The notes beneath the pieces were generated by a model, which did no database searches, had not been told where the DNA came from, and was given only the letters and a program-made list of their open reading frames with translations. The position numbers were made by a program, and so were the translations under genes. 64,000 nt of DNA from the NCBI GenBank assembly GCA_035262885.1, contig DATFRZ010000063.1, forward strand, positions 9,062 through 73,061, read 5' to 3'. Positions within the stretch are counted from its first letter, which is position 1, and each line of letters starts with the position of its first letter. Positions 31,769 to 41,890 of this stretch are shown here, one piece after another. This DNA is from Candidatus Acidiferrum sp. (GTDB lineage: Bacteria > Acidobacteriota > Terriglobia > Acidiferrales > UBA7541).

Positions 31769-32857
31769 TCAGCTTTTCGGCGTCGGCCCGGCCCTTACTG
31801 CATCGCAGACGTCGCGGATTGCAGCCACCACCGCGTCAGGCCTTTCCATGGGGATCATGTGCGTGCTGTCTGGCACCACAATCTGCTTTCCGTGCGTGGA
31901 GAGCCGCGTCTGCCGCAGCTGAAGATCGTTAACCCAGGTTTTCCTGAACTCTCGCATCTCCTCCGACGAGACGCCTTTCGGAAGATCTTTTGCGTCCATG
32001 TCCTTGCCCGCCGTAAGCACCACCAGCGGCCGGTCTCCCAGGTTTCCCGTGCGGCGAACTTCCTCGGCGCTCTGCGAGAAGCTCTTGATTTCCGAAAACG
32101 CTGCATCGATGAATTTCGTTTGCAGTTCCAAATATTTCATCTTGTCGCGGAAATCTTTGCTAAGCTTGCTGTCGCTTTCATCACCCGCCGTGAGCCGAGC
32201 TATCCCAAAGAAAATGAGAATGGGCATCAGACGCCTTTGTGAGTCCAGTTGCTTGACCTGTTCCTCTGTGAGTTTTTGCAACGATGGAGGCATCATCTGC
32301 TCCTGATCTTCGTGCGAGGTGTCCACCAGCACGAGTCCGGCCACGTCCGCTGGATACTTGTCTGCGTAAACGCGCACGTTATAGCCGCCGAACGAATGAG
32401 CCACAAGCACGTACGGCCCTTTCTCTCCGGAAGCCGCAAGCAGTGCGTGCAACTCCTTGACGATTTCGTCGGTGGTTTGCGGCATGGGGCCGGCGCTGCT
32501 CCAGCCGTACCCTGCGCGATCGTACGAACAAACGCGCGTAAACTTGGCGACGTCGGGCATGACCAAATCCCATCCAGCGGCGGGAACGCCCAGCCCGCTC
32601 TCTAAAATCACTGTTGGCGAGCCTTGCCCCACGCAATGCAGATTTAGCGAGACCCCGGGGAACTCAGCGCCAAGCGCAATCGAACGCCCCTCTTGCGGAA
32701 AGCGGCGCCCGTCTCTCCAATTCGCGATCGCCTGGTAGGCGGCGCCCGCCAGAGCCGCACAGACCAGCAAAAGGACCAGCCCGATCAACACGCGCTTCAC
32801 AAAGCGCACCCAGCGGTTTTTCTTCGGCGGCGCAGGAATCGGTGACGCGGTGGCCAT
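31769..32857 (-). CDS. Membrane-anchored alpha/beta hydrolase
   Basis: YDRAGYGWS, AHSFGG nucleophile elbow, STHMIP. Confidence 0.9.
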   Translation of the reverse strand: MATASPIPAPPKKNRWVRFVKRVLIGLVLLLVCAALAGAAYQAIANWRDGRRFPQEGRSIALGAEFPGVSLNLHCVGQGSPTVILESGLGVPAAGWDLVMPDVAKFTRVCSYDRAGYGWSSAGPMPQTTDEIVKELHALLAASGEKGPYVLVAHSFGGYNVRVYADKYPADVAGLVLVDTSHEDQEQMMPPSLQKLTEEQVKQLDSQRRLMPILIFFGIARLTAGDESDSKLSKDFRDKMKYLELQTKFIDAAFSEIKSFSQSAEEVRRTGNLGDRPLVVLTAGKDMDAKDLPKGVSSEEMREFRKTWVNDLQLRQTRLSTHGKQIVVPDSTHMIPMERPDAVVAAIRDVCDAVRAGPTPKS

Positions 32858-33011
32858 TTTTCTTCCTCCTCCATCAGGCGCAGGCATCTTAGTGCGGTCG
32901 CAATCCAAGGTCAAAGACCCAGTCGCGAGAGGATCAGAATGAAGCGAAAGGAGGTTCTGCACCGCGGCTACGGGAGCGCCTTGTCTATGGAGATTGCTTT
33001 CGGTTCGGAGT

Positions 33012-33749
33012 TCACGCCAACCAGTGATTCAAATCCGTGGCGCGGGGAAGCAGCGCAAGCGCGCCCAATTCGCGGAAGCACGCAGCACGTTCGCGATATC
33101 CGTGTTCGTGGCGGGCAATAACTGCGAGGAACGGCACGCCTGCTTCGCGAGCGGCCAGCGCATCATCAATGTTGTCGCCGAGGTATAGCGCCGTTGCCGG
33201 ATCGCGTCCGGCAAGAATCATCTCCAAGCCCTCCGGACGGGGCTTCTTCGGCGCGTCGTCCATGGTGACGATCGTTCGGAAGAATTTCGTTGCGGGCCAG
33301 CGTTCGAACGTGTGCGCCAATTCTTGGCGTGTCCGCCCCGTGAATAAATTCAGCTCGAAGCGCTGCGCCCATTTCTCGATCTGCTGCGGGTTCACCAAGA
33401 TTTCTTCGTTGCGGACGTTTCCCGGCCTTCCGTCGCTGCCCCAGTAAAACCTTTCGAAGGCAACTCGCGCCTCTTGGTAAGAAAGTGGTCTGCCTAACGC
33501 CGTCACCCATGCGGCTACCATGCTCCAGTCGTCGTTGAAGCCCGGCTTGCTCTTCCATTTGTGCAGCTCGGCGTAAGTCACGCGCTTGCCCGTGAGGTGA
33601 CGAACCGTTTCGAGCGCCGAGCGCCAGTACGTACCGCTCACGTCCACCAGAACGCCGTCCACATCAAAAATCAAGATTTTCGGCTGCGTTGAGAGCGTCT
33701 TACTGCGTCGCATGGCTCGCTTTCGCGGGGGAGAAGATTTTTTCGGCAC
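33012..33749 (-). CDS. HAD-family hydrolase
   Basis: IFDVDGVL, FTGR, KKPRP, YLGDNIDD; start uncertain. Confidence 0.85.
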   Translation of the reverse strand: MPKKSSPPRKRAMRRSKTLSTQPKILIFDVDGVLVDVSGTYWRSALETVRHLTGKRVTYAELHKWKSKPGFNDDWSMVAAWVTALGRPLSYQEARVAFERFYWGSDGRPGNVRNEEILVNPQQIEKWAQRFELNLFTGRTRQELAHTFERWPATKFFRTIVTMDDAPKKPRPEGLEMILAGRDPATALYLGDNIDDALAAREAGVPFLAVIARHEHGYRERAACFRELGALALLPRATDLNHWLA

Positions 33750-33898
33750 GGGTTCCTCATTCGAACGACAAACGAAAAGTTTCGCCGCTGCAGAACCTTG
33801 CGTCAAGCCAACTCAGCCCCCTTCCGCCTCACGGCGTAACATTGCTGGCAAATCCGGCGCGTTGTTACACTCTAGGGACGCTCGAAAGGAAGCCTCGC

Positions 33899-35071
33899 AT
33901 GGCCAAATTTGGCGGAGTGGACTACATCGACTTTGATTCGCAATTGAACGACGAGGAGAAACTCGTCCGTCAGACCGCGCGCGAATTCGTCGAAAACGAA
34001 GTCATTCCCATCATCGAAAAACACAGCCGTGAGGCCACTTTTCCGATGCATCTGATTCCGCAACTGGGCGAACTCGGATTTTTTGGCGCCAATTTGCACG
34101 GCTACGGCTGCGCCGGCATGTCCAATGTCTCGTACGGGCTGATGACCCAAGAACTCGAGCGCGGCGACTCCGGCCTACGCAGTTTTGTTTCCGTGCAGGG
34201 CGCGCTGGTCATGTATCCGATTTCTTCCTATGGCAGCGAAGCCCAGAAGAACAAATGGCTGCCGCTTCTGCAGCCGGGAAAGGCCATCGGATGTTTCGGC
34301 CTTACGGAGCCGCAATTCGGTTCGAATCCCGGCGGCATGCTCACACGTGCGGTGAAAAAAGGCGGCAAGTACATTTTGAACGGCGAGAAAATGTGGATCA
34401 CCAGCGGCTCCATAGCGGATGTTGCCGTCGTGTGGGCAAAAGGCGAAGACGACAAGGTCCGCGGGTTTCTCGTCGAAAAAGGCACGCCGGGATTCAAATC
34501 GTGGGACGTCCACGGCAAGTGGTCGCTGCGCGCATCCGTGACTTCCGGCTTATCCTTCACCGATTGTGAGATTCCCGAAGAAAATCTCCTGCCCGGAGTC
34601 GTGGGGTTGCAAGGCCCGTTGAGCTGCTTGAACCAGGCGCGCTACGGCATCGGCTGGGGCGCGCTCGGCGCGGCCATGGCCTGCTACGATACCGCGCTGC
34701 AATACGCGAAAACGCGCAAACAATTTGCCAACAAGCCCATCGCTTCGCACCAGCTCGTTCAGGAAAAGCTCGCCTGGATGATCACGGAAATCGTGAAAGG
34801 CCAATTGCTCGCGTTGCACGTCGGCCGCCTCAAAGATCAAACAAAAGTCGATTCCTCGCACATCTCCATGCTGAAAATGAACAACGTCGGCATTGCGCTC
34901 GAAACCGCGCGAAAAGCTCGCGACATCCTCGGCGCCAACGGTATCGTGGACGATTACTGCATCATGCGGCACATGAACAATCTCGAAAGCGTTTACACCT
35001 ACGAAGGCACCAACGACATTCACAAGCTGGTGATCGGCGAACGCGTCACCGGCATCTCCGCGTTTGTCTAG
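33899..35071 (+). CDS. Acyl-CoA dehydrogenase (glutaryl-CoA dehydrogenase-like)
   Basis: ERGDSGLRS, FGLTEP, KMWIT, LGANGI, TYEGT. Confidence 0.92.
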   Translation: MAKFGGVDYIDFDSQLNDEEKLVRQTAREFVENEVIPIIEKHSREATFPMHLIPQLGELGFFGANLHGYGCAGMSNVSYGLMTQELERGDSGLRSFVSVQGALVMYPISSYGSEAQKNKWLPLLQPGKAIGCFGLTEPQFGSNPGGMLTRAVKKGGKYILNGEKMWITSGSIADVAVVWAKGEDDKVRGFLVEKGTPGFKSWDVHGKWSLRASVTSGLSFTDCEIPEENLLPGVVGLQGPLSCLNQARYGIGWGALGAAMACYDTALQYAKTRKQFANKPIASHQLVQEKLAWMITEIVKGQLLALHVGRLKDQTKVDSSHISMLKMNNVGIALETARKARDILGANGIVDDYCIMRHMNNLESVYTYEGTNDIHKLVIGERVTGISAFV

Positions 35072-35164
35072 GCCACTTCACTGTAAATTTTTCGAGCAAC
35101 AACGGCCCGTTCAAATCTTGTAAGCCAGTTCGCCGCGATGTATCGTGCCTCCCGGGAGATTCGC

Positions 35165-36463
35165 ATGCAACCTCGTCGTGGATGCCACGTTTTTGCGTTC
35201 ATCGCACTTATAGCTTACTTTGCCACCACTTCGGCACGCCCTGCGCAAGCGCAACCGAGGCCCGCGCCCGCACAACAGCCCGCAAACTCCGCCAATCCCA
35301 AGATCCGCGCCATCACCGCGTTCATCAACTTGGATTGGCGCGACTACCAGCGCCAGATCGCCGACGCCCTCAATCTGTTGCACCGGGCACAGGTGACCTT
35401 CGAATCCCGAGGTTACCAGGTACAAACGATCCGCATCGCCACGCAGCCTTTCCCGGAATACATCCAGGGAATGAACACCCAGCAGGCAGTCGCCTTCTTC
35501 AAGCTTCTGGACGCGCTCGCGGAGCAGCAAAAATTTGCAATGTCCATCGGTCCGGCGATGCTCAATGCCAATGATCCCCCTTCACAGGCCGATCTTCTTG
35601 GGGAAATCCTCGGCGGCACAAAAAATCTGAACGGCACGGTGGTCGTGGCCGGCGAAGATGGAGTTCGCTGGGGCGCCATCGCTGCGGCGGCGCGCGTCAT
35701 GAAAAAACTCGAAAACTCCACCGAGCACAGCCAGGGCAATTTCCGCTTCGCCGCCATCGCCAATGTGCCGCCGCTCTCGCCGTTTTTCCCCGCCGCGTAT
35801 CACGCCGGTTTCGGCCACCAGTTCGCCATCGCGCTTGAGTCCGCCCCGGTAGTTGCCGCCGCGTTCAAAGATGCTCCGGACCTTCCCTCGGCTCGCCAGC
35901 GCCTTACTGACGCGCTCGCCGCTGTCGCCTTTGACGTCGAGCATCACGCCGGACGCGTGGACTCCGAGACCGGCTGGACGTACATGGGCATCGACCTCTC
36001 TCCGGCGCCGTCGCCCGCGAAAGACGCTTCGATTGGCGTAGCCATCGAGAACCTGACCAAGCAGCCGTTTGGGATGAGCGGCACGATGACCGCCGCAGCC
36101 ACGATTACCGCAGCCATCAAGGACGTGAAAGTAAAGCAGACTGGCTACTCTGGACTGATGCTGCCGGTGCTTGAGGATGCGCGTATCGCGCAGCGCTGGA
36201 GCGAAGGCCGCATTTCCGTGGACGCGCTGCTTGCTTACTCCGCCGTTTGCGGCACTGGCTTGGACACAATCCCACTGCCGGGCGACACCAGCGCCGATCA
36301 GCTTTCGCTCATCATCGCCGACATGGCCAGCCTGTCGGTCAAGTGGCACAAGCCGCTTTCCGCCCGCCTCCTGCCAGTCGTAGGCAAGGGCTGGGGCGAA
36401 ACCACAGAGTTCAACAACCCGTTCCTGGTCAACGTCACCCTCCAACAATTCGGCCAGAAGTAG
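35165..36463 (+). CDS. DUF711 (UPF0210)-family protein with signal peptide
   Basis: KIRAIT, PFFPAAYH, GIDLSPAP, GYSGLMLPVLED, SAVCGTGLDTIPLPG, KPLSARLLP. Confidence 0.82.
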   Translation: MQPRRGCHVFAFIALIAYFATTSARPAQAQPRPAPAQQPANSANPKIRAITAFINLDWRDYQRQIADALNLLHRAQVTFESRGYQVQTIRIATQPFPEYIQGMNTQQAVAFFKLLDALAEQQKFAMSIGPAMLNANDPPSQADLLGEILGGTKNLNGTVVVAGEDGVRWGAIAAAARVMKKLENSTEHSQGNFRFAAIANVPPLSPFFPAAYHAGFGHQFAIALESAPVVAAAFKDAPDLPSARQRLTDALAAVAFDVEHHAGRVDSETGWTYMGIDLSPAPSPAKDASIGVAIENLTKQPFGMSGTMTAAATITAAIKDVKVKQTGYSGLMLPVLEDARIAQRWSEGRISVDALLAYSAVCGTGLDTIPLPGDTSADQLSLIIADMASLSVKWHKPLSARLLPVVGKGWGETTEFNNPFLVNVTLQQFGQK

Positions 36464-36562
36464 TGGCGCGTGTATTTTAGGGCGAGGCTTCTTGCCAAAG
36501 CCACATCCTTGTCTCGCTGCGGTCAAGTTGCGTAGTGCCGCGCAGGGTCGCCGTCTTTATTT

Positions 36563-36589
36563 TGGAGTGCGACAGCCTTGCTGACGTTT
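36563..36589. repeat. Degenerate REP-like element
   Basis: tggagtgcgacagccttgctgacgttt, an imperfect hairpin with a GGAG foot between convergent genes; only copy seen here. Confidence 0.35.
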
Positions 36590-36646
36590 ATCTTCCTTGC
36601 AACCGCTTCGAGGATGGCCCGCCAGCTTCTCGTTGACCGGGACAGA

Positions 36647-39600
36647 TTAAATCTGGCGCGCCTCCACCTCCGTGGCCATCTCCCGGTACGCGCACAACGC
36701 ATTCGCCAACTGCATCTGCCGCGGCGTCCGGCACTCCGGCTCAAACAATCTCGGGCTCCCAACGACAATCACCGCGGTTTTCGCGCGTGACGTCGCAACA
36801 TTCAGCCGGTTCAAACTGTACAAAAACTCCATCCCTCGCGGCGCATCCTCCGGCGACGACGTCGTCAGCGAATAAATCACCACGGGCGCCTCCTGCCCCT
36901 GAAACTTGTCCACGGTCCCGATGCCCATCTTCGGCAGCCGCGCGGACAAGTCCGAAACCTGCGCGTTATACGGCGCCACGATCAAAATGTCGTCTTGCTT
37001 CAGTCTCCTGGTGTTTCCCGCCCCGTAGAGCCATTTCACTTCTGGCTTCAGCAAACCGTCCACAATCCGCGCGATCACCTCCACTTCTTCTGCGCTTGAG
37101 TTGCGGTTTCCCTCATGCTCCACCGGAGCGAACCATAATCCTGCTCCCTTCAGCCAAACGTGCCCCTCTAACACTCGGCTCTTTGCACTCGCATGCGAGC
37201 TCAGTTTGCTCTCATAAAAAACTTCCGAAGTAAACTTGCAGATCTCCGGATGCAATCTCCAGCTTTCTGGCAGCAAAAATCCCATGTCATCAGGAATGGT
37301 CTTCTTGCCGTTCAGCAAATGCTCCAACGCAGATTTCTCAGCGCCATCCGGATGGCTCCCCTTCGTTGGGCGTTCCAATTGTTGTGGATCCCCCAACAGC
37401 ACGAGCTTCTTTGCCGCCTGAGATACCGCCAGCACATCCGCCAGCGACATCTGCCCCGCTTCATCGATAAAGAGCACGTCCACACATTCAAACGCCGCCT
37501 CCGGTGCCCATAGCCAGGAAACACCGCCGACCACGTTCGCTCTGCCTGAAATCAGGGCGCTCCACGCCTCTTCATTCTTTTCGTTCGCCACGGCTACGCC
37601 GTCGCTCTCCTCTCCGCCCGGCTGCCGGTGCAGGCAACGCAGGTTGTCGACATCCTTCTCGCCTGCGGCCTCCACCACGTCGTCGAGAAGTTTCCGGATC
37701 ACCTTATGGCTTAGTGCGGTGACGCCAATCTTCTTGCCCTGTTTGACAAGCTCGCAAATCATCCGCGCGCCGGTATACGTTTTCCCTGAACCGGGCGGCC
37801 CCTGAATGGCAAAGACCGAATCCTCGAGCGCCAAGGCAATGCGGCTCGCTGTGTTTGCGGGCTTTTCAGAAGCCAGTGGCTTCAGCGTCTCTCCTGCCAG
37901 AAGACGCGGCGGTTTGCGGAGCAGCAAATCTCGCCCCGCCCGGTATTTTCCCGCGGCGTCAATGCCGTTTGACGCGACCCACGCGCCTATTCGATAGAGA
38001 GAGCCTGCATGCGGAGCTGTGTTGAGCGGGGCATCCCACATATACACCGTCGGAGGATGGATTTCGGCCGTCTTTTTGGTTTTTTTGATGTCCACCATTC
38101 CCTTTACGTGGTCGATCACAATGACTTCGCCGAATCTCTCATCTCCGAAATACACATCCTTGCCGGCCCGTACGTTGGTCTTTTGCGGATCAAACGAATA
38201 GCGGTCGGTCGGCGCTTGCCAACCTGAATCAACTCTTTCCACAAAGCGCAGCCTGGTCAAACCGACTCGCTCGTCGAGCAGGTCCTCATCGCCCATCTCC
38301 GCGAGGCGATAGCCTTCTTGCCAGGCACTCTTGTCCTCGCGGCGATGCCAGCTTAGAAGCTGCGCCAGCAGCCATTGTGCGGATTGCTCTTTTGACCGCC
38401 CTTCCGGATCCGCTGGAATTCCTTCGCAAAGCTGCAGGGTCAACGCCTCCGCTCGATCCAGTTTTTCTTGTAACTTGTCTGATGGGGCTCCGCTCTTTTC
38501 TGGCGGCCGTGGCACGGCCATGCCACGGCTCACCAGCGTCCCCCGCTCATCCTCGAGCCAATCCCGCAGTCTCGCCGTCGAAACGCAGTCCTCCCGGTTG
38601 TATCCCTCCATCACCTCGCGAATCTCCTCGGGCAACACCTCGTCGCCCCAGCCCAACTCCAACCGATGCTCGACGTACCTCATCGCGCTCCGCGAATTCT
38701 CCAGCGGAGTCTCGCGCTTGAATCCGTAAAACGCTTCAATCTTCTTCAGCGAATACTCTTCAACACTTGCTCGTACGCCCTGCTTGAACGCCCGATGCAA
38801 ATCCACCAGCATCTGGGAGCGCAGCATGCGATCGACCTCGTCCTCCCGCGTCGCGTGCATACCCATCAATCGCTTCAGCGTCCCCGGCTCGTATCCGCCG
38901 AAATGATAGACATGCATCTTCGGGTCGGCCTCCCGGCGCCGCGAGATTTCATCCACCAGCCATCGGAAACCTTGCTTTTCCTCTTCGCGATTCAAGGCCC
39001 ATCGCTTTTCGTAAACCAGGTCCCCGGCCGCATCGCGAAACGCAAACCCAAACAAATATTGCAGTCCCTGCTCACCCACGAACGGGTCGCCTTCGAAATC
39101 CATGAACAGATCGCCCGCCGACGGCTCCGACAGGCGGCAAAATCCCATCCCTTCCGCGACGGGCAAGAGCAGTTCGTGCACCAACCTGTTTTCGGTGCGC
39201 CCTTCTACTTGAACGCGCGCCTGCTCGCGCCTGTTTTCATACGTTTGTTTTGCCCCCTGCCTCGGCCTTTCTTTCAGTGGGATCGGCAGCGCCGCCAGCT
39301 TGGCCATGGTTCCGGCGTTCCAAACCTCAAATTGATCCCGTTGCTGCCGCCGAATGTCCGCAACCAAAGACAAATGATCATCCGTACGCCTTTGGGCGTC
39401 ACACTCGCGAAACCATTTGCAGATGTTGCAGTGCTCCACCGGCTCCGGATAGGTCGTTTGTTCCGTTTCCGGCTCAAACGTAAACGCATACTGCCCGGGG
39501 GTTGCGGACACCGCTTTCGGAGGGTACCCGCGGCGGCGCAAACCCTTGAGCGCTCGCTGGCCATCCTCGCTGCAAGCGCAGCTGACCGCCTCAACCAAAC

Positions 39601-40189
39601 GTCTCTTCACATACCGGTAGAACGCCGCATACTCGGACACGCGGTATTTTTCGCCAGCAAACCCTTCTCCAGGCGGCACCACCCACAAAAACTCTGGGGC
39701 CGTCCCCTGAATTTTGCAAAGCAGCTCCGAATACAGCGAAAGCTGCAGAATCGTGGTCGCCTTGGTTTCCCGCGCCAGCTTTGTGTCGGCCGCTTCGTAG
39801 GACCACGCCCACCGCTTGCTCGGCCTCGGAACACGTCGCAACACATCCGGCCGCCCAAACCACTCCCCGTCGCTCAGCGCTCCCTGTGCAATGACTTCAG
39901 CACCGCGCTCCATCAGCGCCAGTGTTTCTTCAATGAGCGGCTTTTCTTCCTTTTGGGGGATTTGGCTCAGGTTCTCGACCGTCAATCCTCGAGCGCACAA
40001 GTGCGCCAGATACTCTCTCTCGTGCCTCTCGCCCCGTTCTCGGATTACCACCAAGTCGGGGGCAGCCCAATCTGGTTCGGCTCGCTGCCCCTGAGCAACC
40101 TGCAGGTCCAGTGTCGTCAAGTGACGGCAAGCCGAATGATTGCTCAGGTCCGTGGCGCTCAACCGAATTTGTTTCCCAACCAATTTCAT
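36647..40189 (-). CDS. TM0106-family RecB-like nuclease / RNase H-like / SF1 (DNA2-like) helicase fusion
   Basis: GRPDVL...DTKL...QLSLY; FMDFEGDP, YSLKKIE, YNREDC; QGPPGSGKT, IDEAGQ, GDPQQL, VDKFQGQE, NRLNVATSRA. Confidence 0.92.
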   Translation of the reverse strand: MKLVGKQIRLSATDLSNHSACRHLTTLDLQVAQGQRAEPDWAAPDLVVIRERGERHEREYLAHLCARGLTVENLSQIPQKEEKPLIEETLALMERGAEVIAQGALSDGEWFGRPDVLRRVPRPSKRWAWSYEAADTKLARETKATTILQLSLYSELLCKIQGTAPEFLWVVPPGEGFAGEKYRVSEYAAFYRYVKRRLVEAVSCACSEDGQRALKGLRRRGYPPKAVSATPGQYAFTFEPETEQTTYPEPVEHCNICKWFRECDAQRRTDDHLSLVADIRRQQRDQFEVWNAGTMAKLAALPIPLKERPRQGAKQTYENRREQARVQVEGRTENRLVHELLLPVAEGMGFCRLSEPSAGDLFMDFEGDPFVGEQGLQYLFGFAFRDAAGDLVYEKRWALNREEEKQGFRWLVDEISRRREADPKMHVYHFGGYEPGTLKRLMGMHATREDEVDRMLRSQMLVDLHRAFKQGVRASVEEYSLKKIEAFYGFKRETPLENSRSAMRYVEHRLELGWGDEVLPEEIREVMEGYNREDCVSTARLRDWLEDERGTLVSRGMAVPRPPEKSGAPSDKLQEKLDRAEALTLQLCEGIPADPEGRSKEQSAQWLLAQLLSWHRREDKSAWQEGYRLAEMGDEDLLDERVGLTRLRFVERVDSGWQAPTDRYSFDPQKTNVRAGKDVYFGDERFGEVIVIDHVKGMVDIKKTKKTAEIHPPTVYMWDAPLNTAPHAGSLYRIGAWVASNGIDAAGKYRAGRDLLLRKPPRLLAGETLKPLASEKPANTASRIALALEDSVFAIQGPPGSGKTYTGARMICELVKQGKKIGVTALSHKVIRKLLDDVVEAAGEKDVDNLRCLHRQPGGEESDGVAVANEKNEEAWSALISGRANVVGGVSWLWAPEAAFECVDVLFIDEAGQMSLADVLAVSQAAKKLVLLGDPQQLERPTKGSHPDGAEKSALEHLLNGKKTIPDDMGFLLPESWRLHPEICKFTSEVFYESKLSSHASAKSRVLEGHVWLKGAGLWFAPVEHEGNRNSSAEEVEVIARIVDGLLKPEVKWLYGAGNTRRLKQDDILIVAPYNAQVSDLSARLPKMGIGTVDKFQGQEAPVVIYSLTTSSPEDAPRGMEFLYSLNRLNVATSRAKTAVIVVGSPRLFEPECRTPRQMQLANALCAYREMATEVEARQI

Positions 40190-40367
40190 TCGCAAAAAGT
40201 CTCCGACCACAACTTTCGTGGATTCTGGCCCATCCCAAGTGGCCAGTAACTATGATCCAGCGTCTGGGGAGCCGTGGACGCGATCACGAACAGGCGCATG
40301 ACGCATGAACCGCCACCAATAACTTACAACGGAGAAGGGTATACTGCTGCCCCCGAGGGAGGGCAGT

Positions 40368-40841
40368 GTGAGTCCTACGAAAACGCAAACGGCAAAATTG
40401 TTACTGGCCCTGCTGGACGAGGCGTACGAGAAAAAAACATGGCATGGACCAAACCTGAAACAGTCCCTCAAGGGGGTTTCCGTGGTGCAGGCCGCGTGGC
40501 GGCCGGGACCTGGGCGGCACAACATCTGGGAGCTGGCGCTGCACGCCGCGTACTGGAAATACGTGGCTCGGCGCAGGATTGAGGGCAGCAAGCGCGGCAC
40601 GTTTGCGTTGGAGGGCAGCAATTTTTTCACTCGTCCGCAGAAAGGCAACGCGACGGAAGCCGCCTGGGCCGCCGACAGGAAGTTGCTCGAGCGCGAACAC
40701 CGCGCCCTTCGCACGGCGGTTGCAAAGGTCTTGCGCACACAGAGCGGCGCCAAGTTCCTGGGCCACGTTTACGGTGTTGCGTTTCACGACGTCTACCACG
40801 GCGGGCAGATTCGTCTGCTCCGGCGTTTGCAGGAACGCTGA
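40368..40841 (+). CDS. DinB-family protein
   Basis: WHGP, HNIWELALH, HDVYHGGQI. Confidence 0.85.
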   Translation: MSPTKTQTAKLLLALLDEAYEKKTWHGPNLKQSLKGVSVVQAAWRPGPGRHNIWELALHAAYWKYVARRRIEGSKRGTFALEGSNFFTRPQKGNATEAAWAADRKLLEREHRALRTAVAKVLRTQSGAKFLGHVYGVAFHDVYHGGQIRLLRRLQER

Positions 40842-40867
40842 GAAAGGGGATGGAGACGGAGATCGGC

Positions 40868-41647
40868 CTAGCGCAGGTTTTTGAGGGCACGGACTACGGC
40901 ATGCATCTCTGGCGCTTCCTGAAAAAGGCGAATGGCGGCGATGCCGGACGCACCGGCCGAAAGGCAATCTGCAGCATTTTCCAAGGTGATTCCGCCGATG
41001 GCCAGGACCGGAAGTGCCACCGCGCGGCAGACTCCAGCGAGGCACTCGAGCCCTTGCGGAGCGCCGTAAGCCGCTTTCGACGGTGTGGCGAACACCGGGC
41101 CAAAAAAAACGTAATTCGCGCCGCCGCGCTCTGCCGCTCTCGCCGCTTCGAGCGAATGGCAGGAAACGCCGATCAGAAAATCTTCTTGGCGAAGGGCTTT
41201 CACTAAGCGCCGCGCCTCTTCCGGCGGCAGGCTCTTGTCGCCGAGGTGCACGCCGCCACCTTGTGCAGCCAACGCAACGTCGAGCCGGTCGTTCACCAGA
41301 ATGCGCGTGGAACCGCGCCCACGCGCCCGCGGCGCTTTGCTTGTTGCCGAGAGGGGAGCCTTCGCATCAGCGGCTTGGAGAGGGTTTGTCGCGAGATCCA
41401 CGGCCACGCTGGCGAGCGAGCTACATTCTTTCCCAAAGAGATCCTTCTCTCGAATTTGAACCCAGTCGATGCCTGCCGCAACCGCCGCTGCGATTTTTTC
41501 GATGAGAATTTTGCGCGCATCGAAGGGCTGACGCGCTCCGGAGGTTTCCGCGAAAACAAGACTGCGCCGGTCAGTGACGTAACAAAGCAGCGGAACGCGC
41601 CGTGGGCTACTGATGCGGGACACGGTCCGGATCCTGGCGCGCGCCAA
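40868..41647 (-). CDS. Thiamine-phosphate synthase family (ThiE/TenI-like)
   Basis: VQIREKD, VNDRLDVA, GVHLG, GVSCHS, GPVFATPSK, AIGGI. Confidence 0.88.
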   Translation of the reverse strand: MARARIRTVSRISSPRRVPLLCYVTDRRSLVFAETSGARQPFDARKILIEKIAAAVAAGIDWVQIREKDLFGKECSSLASVAVDLATNPLQAADAKAPLSATSKAPRARGRGSTRILVNDRLDVALAAQGGGVHLGDKSLPPEEARRLVKALRQEDFLIGVSCHSLEAARAAERGGANYVFFGPVFATPSKAAYGAPQGLECLAGVCRAVALPVLAIGGITLENAADCLSAGASGIAAIRLFQEAPEMHAVVRALKNLR

Positions 41648-41852
41648 TCCATCCGATGGCCAGAAGGATGTCCAGGACGCCGATGCCGCTTACCGCGCCG
41701 CGGAAAGTAGGATGGAGGACAACGTGCATGAGCCAGGGGTAGTGGCTGAGAAAATAGTTATTCTCCCAATAGATGGACCACGGCAAATAGAGCAGCAAAG
41801 CGCCCATTTCGAACGCGAGCACCACGAGAAGTGCGCGATAAATCCGGCTCAT
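41607..41852 (-). CDS. Small membrane protein
   Basis: Two hydrophobic helices, LPWSIYWENNYF, RGAVSGIG; co-oriented between TPR and ThiE-like genes. Confidence 0.7.
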   Translation of the reverse strand: MSRIYRALLVVLAFEMGALLLYLPWSIYWENNYFLSHYPWLMHVVLHPTFRGAVSGIGVLDILLAIGWIGARQDPDRVPHQ

Positions 41853-41890
41853 TGAGGCGTGGAAATCCGTCCCGCTGGATGCATCTCAGA

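Noticed and set aside
34319-34335. tRNA T-loop-like GGTTCGAATCC
   Set aside because: Lies inside the acyl-CoA dehydrogenase (GSNPGG) with no cloverleaf; the same applies to the copy at 13741.
38666-40249. 527-aa antisense ORF (also 35582-36526, 48361-49365, 18832-19662)
   Set aside because: Shadow frames of well-supported genes in GC-rich DNA, with no motifs.
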